DNA of 64,000 bases from Pseudomonadota bacterium (lineage in GTDB: Bacteria > Pseudomonadota > Alphaproteobacteria > Rhodobacterales > Rhodobacteraceae). The stretch is from contig JBCDKN010000011.1 in the NCBI GenBank assembly GCA_038746545.1, positions 19,295 through 83,294 of the forward strand, read 5' to 3'. Below the pieces are notes generated by a model that was given only the letters and a program-made list of their open reading frames with translations, made no database searches and had not been told where the DNA came from. How positions within the stretch are numbered: position 1 is the stretch's first letter; the number at the start of each line of letters is the position of its first letter. A program made the position numbers and the translations under genes. Of this stretch, positions 60,437 through 64,000 are shown piece after piece.

Positions 60437-61086
60437 CCACCCTCCCCTTTCCGTTGACACCGGAGCCCGATGACGTGCGCCTGGAGGCCGGGCGCAAACT
60501 CTTCGCGGGCGACGTCACCTTTCTAAAGGGCGTGGTAGCAATGAACGGGCTGCCACCCGCGGACCGACTCGAAGTCTGCTTCGCCGGGCGTTCGAATGTC
60601 GGCAAGTCCTCCCTGATCAACGCCCTGACCGGGCGCAAGGCTTTGGCCCGAACCTCAAACACTCCCGGACGCACCCAAGAGATCAACTATTTCAGCCTTG
60701 GCACCGACCGCTACCTCGTGGACGTGCCCGGCTACGGCTTCGCCGAGGCCCCCGTCGCCGTGGTCGCGAAATGGCAGGCCCTGCTGAAGGCCTATCTGAC
60801 CGGGCGACAAACCCTGCGCCGCGCTTTTGTGCTGATCGACGCGCGCCATGGGGTCAAGGCGGTCGATCATGAGATCATGTCGCTCCTCGACACGGCAGCG
60901 GTCACCTTCCAGGTGGTGCTGACCAAGGCCGACAAGATCAAGGTGAGCGAACAGGACCGTGTCCTGGATCAGGTCCGCAAAGCCCTCGCGAAACACCCCG
61001 CCGCCTTCCCGGAACTGTTGCTGACCAGTTCCGCGAAGGGTGATGGCATCGCCACGCTCCGCGCCCTAATCGCCGGTCTGGTCTGA
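60433..61086 (+). CDS. engB: Ribosome biogenesis GTPase YihA/EngB
   Basis: GRSNVGKSS, TPGRT, DVPGYG, TKAD. Confidence 0.96.
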   Translation: MTTLPFPLTPEPDDVRLEAGRKLFAGDVTFLKGVVAMNGLPPADRLEVCFAGRSNVGKSSLINALTGRKALARTSNTPGRTQEINYFSLGTDRYLVDVPGYGFAEAPVAVVAKWQALLKAYLTGRQTLRRAFVLIDARHGVKAVDHEIMSLLDTAAVTFQVVLTKADKIKVSEQDRVLDQVRKALAKHPAAFPELLLTSSAKGDGIATLRALIAGLV

Positions 61087-61130
61087 CTTAAGTCCCGAAA
61101 TATCCCGGGGGTTTGGGGGCTGGCCCCCAA
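61087..61130 (+). repeat. Intergenic repeat, copy F
   Basis: CTTAAGTC-CCG-AAATATCCCGGGGG then TTGGGGGC-TG-GCCCCCAA hairpin; fills the gap between convergent genes. Confidence 0.75.
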
Positions 61131-61134
61131 GACG

Positions 61135-61866
61135 TTAGACATGTTGTCCGCCATTGACCTCAATCTCCGTGCCCGAGATGTAACTGCCCGGCTCCGAGCA
61201 CAGGAAGTAAATCGCCGCAGCCACTTCCGAGGGCTGGCCCAAACGGCGCAGAGGCAGCGTCTCGACGATCTTCTCCGTCCCCGGTGACAGGATCGAGGTC
61301 TCAACCTCCCCCGGTGCAATCGCGTTCACCCGGACCCCAAGTGGGCCGAAATCATGGGCCATTTCTCGGGTCAGGGCAGCAAGCGCCGCCTTTGAGGTCG
61401 CGTAGGCAGCACCCGCGAAAGGATGCACTCTGGTCCCGGCAATCGACGTCACGTTGACCACCGCGCCCCCAGCCGCCGTCAGCTCCGATTGCAGGCCGCG
61501 CGCCAGCACGACAGAGGCAAAGAAATTGACATGGAACACCTGCCCCCAGGTCCGCAAATCGGTCTCCAGCGTGTTCAGCCGCGCGCCGCCCTCACCCTTG
61601 GGCGAGATCCCCGCATTGTTCACGAGCGCGTCGAGCTTGCCGTCGAGCTTTCCACGGATCGTTTCGATCGCATCAATCGTGTTCTTGGGATCTGCGAGAT
61701 CAATCTGGATATGGTTGTCTTCCCCACCTGGCCACGGGCAGCGGGCGTCAAAGGGCTGTCGCGAGCAGGTCAGCACGCGCCACCCCTCGGCGGAGAACGC
61801 CTTGACCGTGGCATGCCCGATACCGCGACTGGCACCGGTGAGAACAAGTGTGCGTTGGCGACTCAT
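61135..61866 (-). CDS. Short-chain dehydrogenase/reductase
   Basis: TGASRGIG, NNAG, YATSK, VNAIAPG. Confidence 0.93.
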   Translation of the reverse strand: MSRQRTLVLTGASRGIGHATVKAFSAEGWRVLTCSRQPFDARCPWPGGEDNHIQIDLADPKNTIDAIETIRGKLDGKLDALVNNAGISPKGEGGARLNTLETDLRTWGQVFHVNFFASVVLARGLQSELTAAGGAVVNVTSIAGTRVHPFAGAAYATSKAALAALTREMAHDFGPLGVRVNAIAPGEVETSILSPGTEKIVETLPLRRLGQPSEVAAAIYFLCSEPGSYISGTEIEVNGGQHV

Positions 61867-61951
61867 GGACCTGGACCTTTCCCGGTAACCCTACGCCTTG
61901 GCAGCCGAGCGTGAAACAGGTAACAGGCAGCACCACCAAGACAGAGCCAAG

Positions 61952-62815
61952 ATGAAAACGAGATCGATGAAAAGCGACTGGATCGCCACCGCGCGCACCC
62001 TCTCCGAAGCTGTGCCGTTCCTGCGGCGCTATGACGATGCCATCGTCGTGGTGAAGTTCGGCGGACATGCCATGGGGGACGCCGAGGCGCTGGCGAGCTT
62101 TGCCCGCGACATCGTTCTGATGCGGCAGGTCGGGGTGAACCCGGTGATCGTCCATGGTGGCGGCCCGATGATCAACGACATGCTGGCCAAGCTCGATATC
62201 AAATCTGAGTTCGTCAAAGGCAAGCGCGTGACCGATGCAGCCACAGTCGAAGTGGTCGAGATGGTGCTCTCTGGTCTCGTGAACAAGCGATTGGTGCAGG
62301 CCATCAATGGCGAGGGCGGCCGCGCCATCGGTTTGAGCGGCAAGGATGCCAACCTGATCGTCTGCGATCCGGCGGACCCCGCGCTCGGCTTTGTGGGCGA
62401 CCCGGTAGAGGTGACCCCAGACACGCTGTTGCAGCTTGTGCGCTCCGAGATCATCCCGGTTATCGCGCCCATTGGCACGGGCCGCGAGGGCGAGACGTAC
62501 AACATCAATGGCGACACAGCAGCAGGTGCAATTGCAGCAGCGCTGAAAGCGGACCGGCTGCTGTTGCTGACGGATGTGGCAGGCGTGAAGGACGGCGATG
62601 GCAAGGTTGTGACCGAGCTGACCGTCGAGCATATCGCCGAGATGACCGAGAGCGGCGTGATCGCCGGGGGCATGATCCCCAAAACCGAAACCTGCGTAGC
62701 GGCGGTCAAGGGCGGGGTCCGCGCGGCGGTGATCCTCGATGGGCGCGCGCCCAATGCCTGCCTGCTGGAGCTTTTCACCGAACATGGTGCGGGCTCGATG
62801 ATCCGAAGTGGCTGA
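61952..62815 (+). CDS. argB: Acetylglutamate kinase
   Basis: [34 protein letters not shown]. Confidence 0.96.
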   Translation: MKTRSMKSDWIATARTLSEAVPFLRRYDDAIVVVKFGGHAMGDAEALASFARDIVLMRQVGVNPVIVHGGGPMINDMLAKLDIKSEFVKGKRVTDAATVEVVEMVLSGLVNKRLVQAINGEGGRAIGLSGKDANLIVCDPADPALGFVGDPVEVTPDTLLQLVRSEIIPVIAPIGTGREGETYNINGDTAAGAIAAALKADRLLLLTDVAGVKDGDGKVVTELTVEHIAEMTESGVIAGGMIPKTETCVAAVKGGVRAAVILDGRAPNACLLELFTEHGAGSMIRSG

Positions 62816-63482
62816 CACGCCCACTTATGCCGCGCTGGAGGCCGCCGCCACCACGCGGCAACTTGCGATCTTTGGTGCCTGGCATCCTGAGGAGGATCCG
62901 GATGTGCCCGATGGCACGCAGACGATGCTGCTCCTCGGTCCGGGCGAGCCCGGCTTCTGGGCGCATGTGCAAGCCACAGCAGAATTCACCGATGGCGCGC
63001 ACGATCCGCTGGATCGCTGGTCCCGCCGGGTGATCGGGCAATGGGCTTGTGATCTGGGGGACAAGACCAAGGCGCTCTTCCCCTTTGGCGGCCCGCCTTG
63101 GCGCCCGTTCATCCGCTGGGCCCAAGACAGCAGACGCGCCCATGTCTCGCCGGTTGGGCTGCTGGTGCATGACGCCGCCGGGCTGATGATCAGCTACCGT
63201 GGGGCGCTGGCCCTGCGCGCACGGATCGACCTGCCCCCGCCCCCGTCCAACCCTTGTGAGCGCTGCACACACCAGCCCTGCCGCATCGCTTGCCCGGTCT
63301 CGGCCCTGGCGCCCACCGCCTATGACGTACCGCTCTGCAAATCCTTTCTGGACACATCGGCCGGTCTGGATTGTCATGGACGGGGCTGCGCGGTACGCCG
63401 TGCCTGCCCGAACAGCAAAACCTATGGCCGCGCCGAGGCGCAATCGGCCTTTCACATGAACAGCTTTCACAGGCGCCCATGA
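62808..63482 (+). CDS. Fe-S (ferredoxin-like) protein of unknown function
   Basis: [14 protein letters not shown] and later C..C...C..RRACP clusters; coupled to argB and sixA. Confidence 0.75.
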   Translation: MADTPTYAALEAAATTRQLAIFGAWHPEEDPDVPDGTQTMLLLGPGEPGFWAHVQATAEFTDGAHDPLDRWSRRVIGQWACDLGDKTKALFPFGGPPWRPFIRWAQDSRRAHVSPVGLLVHDAAGLMISYRGALALRARIDLPPPPSNPCERCTHQPCRIACPVSALAPTAYDVPLCKSFLDTSAGLDCHGRGCAVRRACPNSKTYGRAEAQSAFHMNSFHRRP

Positions 63483-63979
63483 AAACACTGCTTCTTCTCC
63501 GCCACGCCAAATCGAGCTGGGCCGAACCCGGGCGCGACGATCACAGCCGCCCCCTGAATGGACGCGGACGCCGGGGCGCCGAAGCGCTGGGGCGCTGGAT
63601 TGCTTCCGAAGATCTTGTGCCAGACGAGGTATTCTGCTCGGACGCTGCCCGCACGCAAGAAACCTGGCGCAGGTTGGATCTGGCGGGCGACGCCACCTTG
63701 TCTCCCATGCTCTACCATGCGGGCCCTGCGATGCTTATGCAGGCGGTGCAGGGGGCCTCGGGCGCGCGGGTGCTCGTGGTCGCACACAATCCGGGGATCG
63801 CGGAGTTCGCCGATCAGATGGCCGCGACGGCGCCGGAGCATCACCGCTTTGCCCAGTACCCTACCGGAGCACTGACAGTGCTCAACTTCGAAATCGAGGA
63901 GTGGGCCGAGCTCACCCCTGGAACGGGCGCTGTCCGTGCCTTTGTCATCCCAGCGGATCTGGGCGTCACCCGGACATGA
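63479..63979 (+). CDS. Histidine phosphatase family protein (SixA-like)
   Basis: LLRHAKSSW, DHSRPLN.RG, SDAART, VAHNPG. Confidence 0.9.
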   Translation: MKTLLLLRHAKSSWAEPGRDDHSRPLNGRGRRGAEALGRWIASEDLVPDEVFCSDAARTQETWRRLDLAGDATLSPMLYHAGPAMLMQAVQGASGARVLVVAHNPGIAEFADQMAATAPEHHRFAQYPTGALTVLNFEIEEWAELTPGTGAVRAFVIPADLGVTRT

Positions 63980-64000
63980 TAAAGCCCCGGGAATTCCCGG

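Noticed and set aside
63981-64000. Hairpin AAAGCCCCGGGAATTCCCGG after sixA
   Set aside because: Likely a terminator but truncated by the window edge

Overview
GC-rich alphaproteobacterial chromosome segment. Gene content and order (split F0 atp operon atpI-B-E-F2-F, mipZ, bluB within the rpsP-rimM-trmD-rplS region, ttcA and an EAL gene between yidD and yidC) suggest Rhodobacteraceae/Roseobacter group (inference). Left to right: a TRAP transporter with divergent GntR; rpe; a probable accessory catabolic block (MBL-fold protein, family-5 ABC importer, two PhyH-type Fe(II)/2OG dioxygenases, GH38 alpha-mannosidase, AraC regulator) interrupted by an AT-richer pair of orphan lipoprotein genes; deoC with an ALDH16-type dehydrogenase; nth/ada repair genes; F0 ATP synthase; azoR/LysR; an ffh operon carrying five translationally coupled paralogous RimJ/RimL-type GNATs, then chorismate mutase, rpsP, bluB, EVE, a 48-aa ORF, rimM, trmD, rplS, rpmE; mipZ; tRNA-Arg(ACG); rpmH-rnpA-yidD...yidC-engB; argB-ferredoxin-like-sixA. 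No transposase, prophage or CRISPR array was seen. Six copies of a short intergenic repeat are present. Best candidates for an undescribed system: the SRP-coupled five-GNAT array and the mannoside-importer/dioxygenase cluster. All calls come from reading motifs by eye; no database searches were run.
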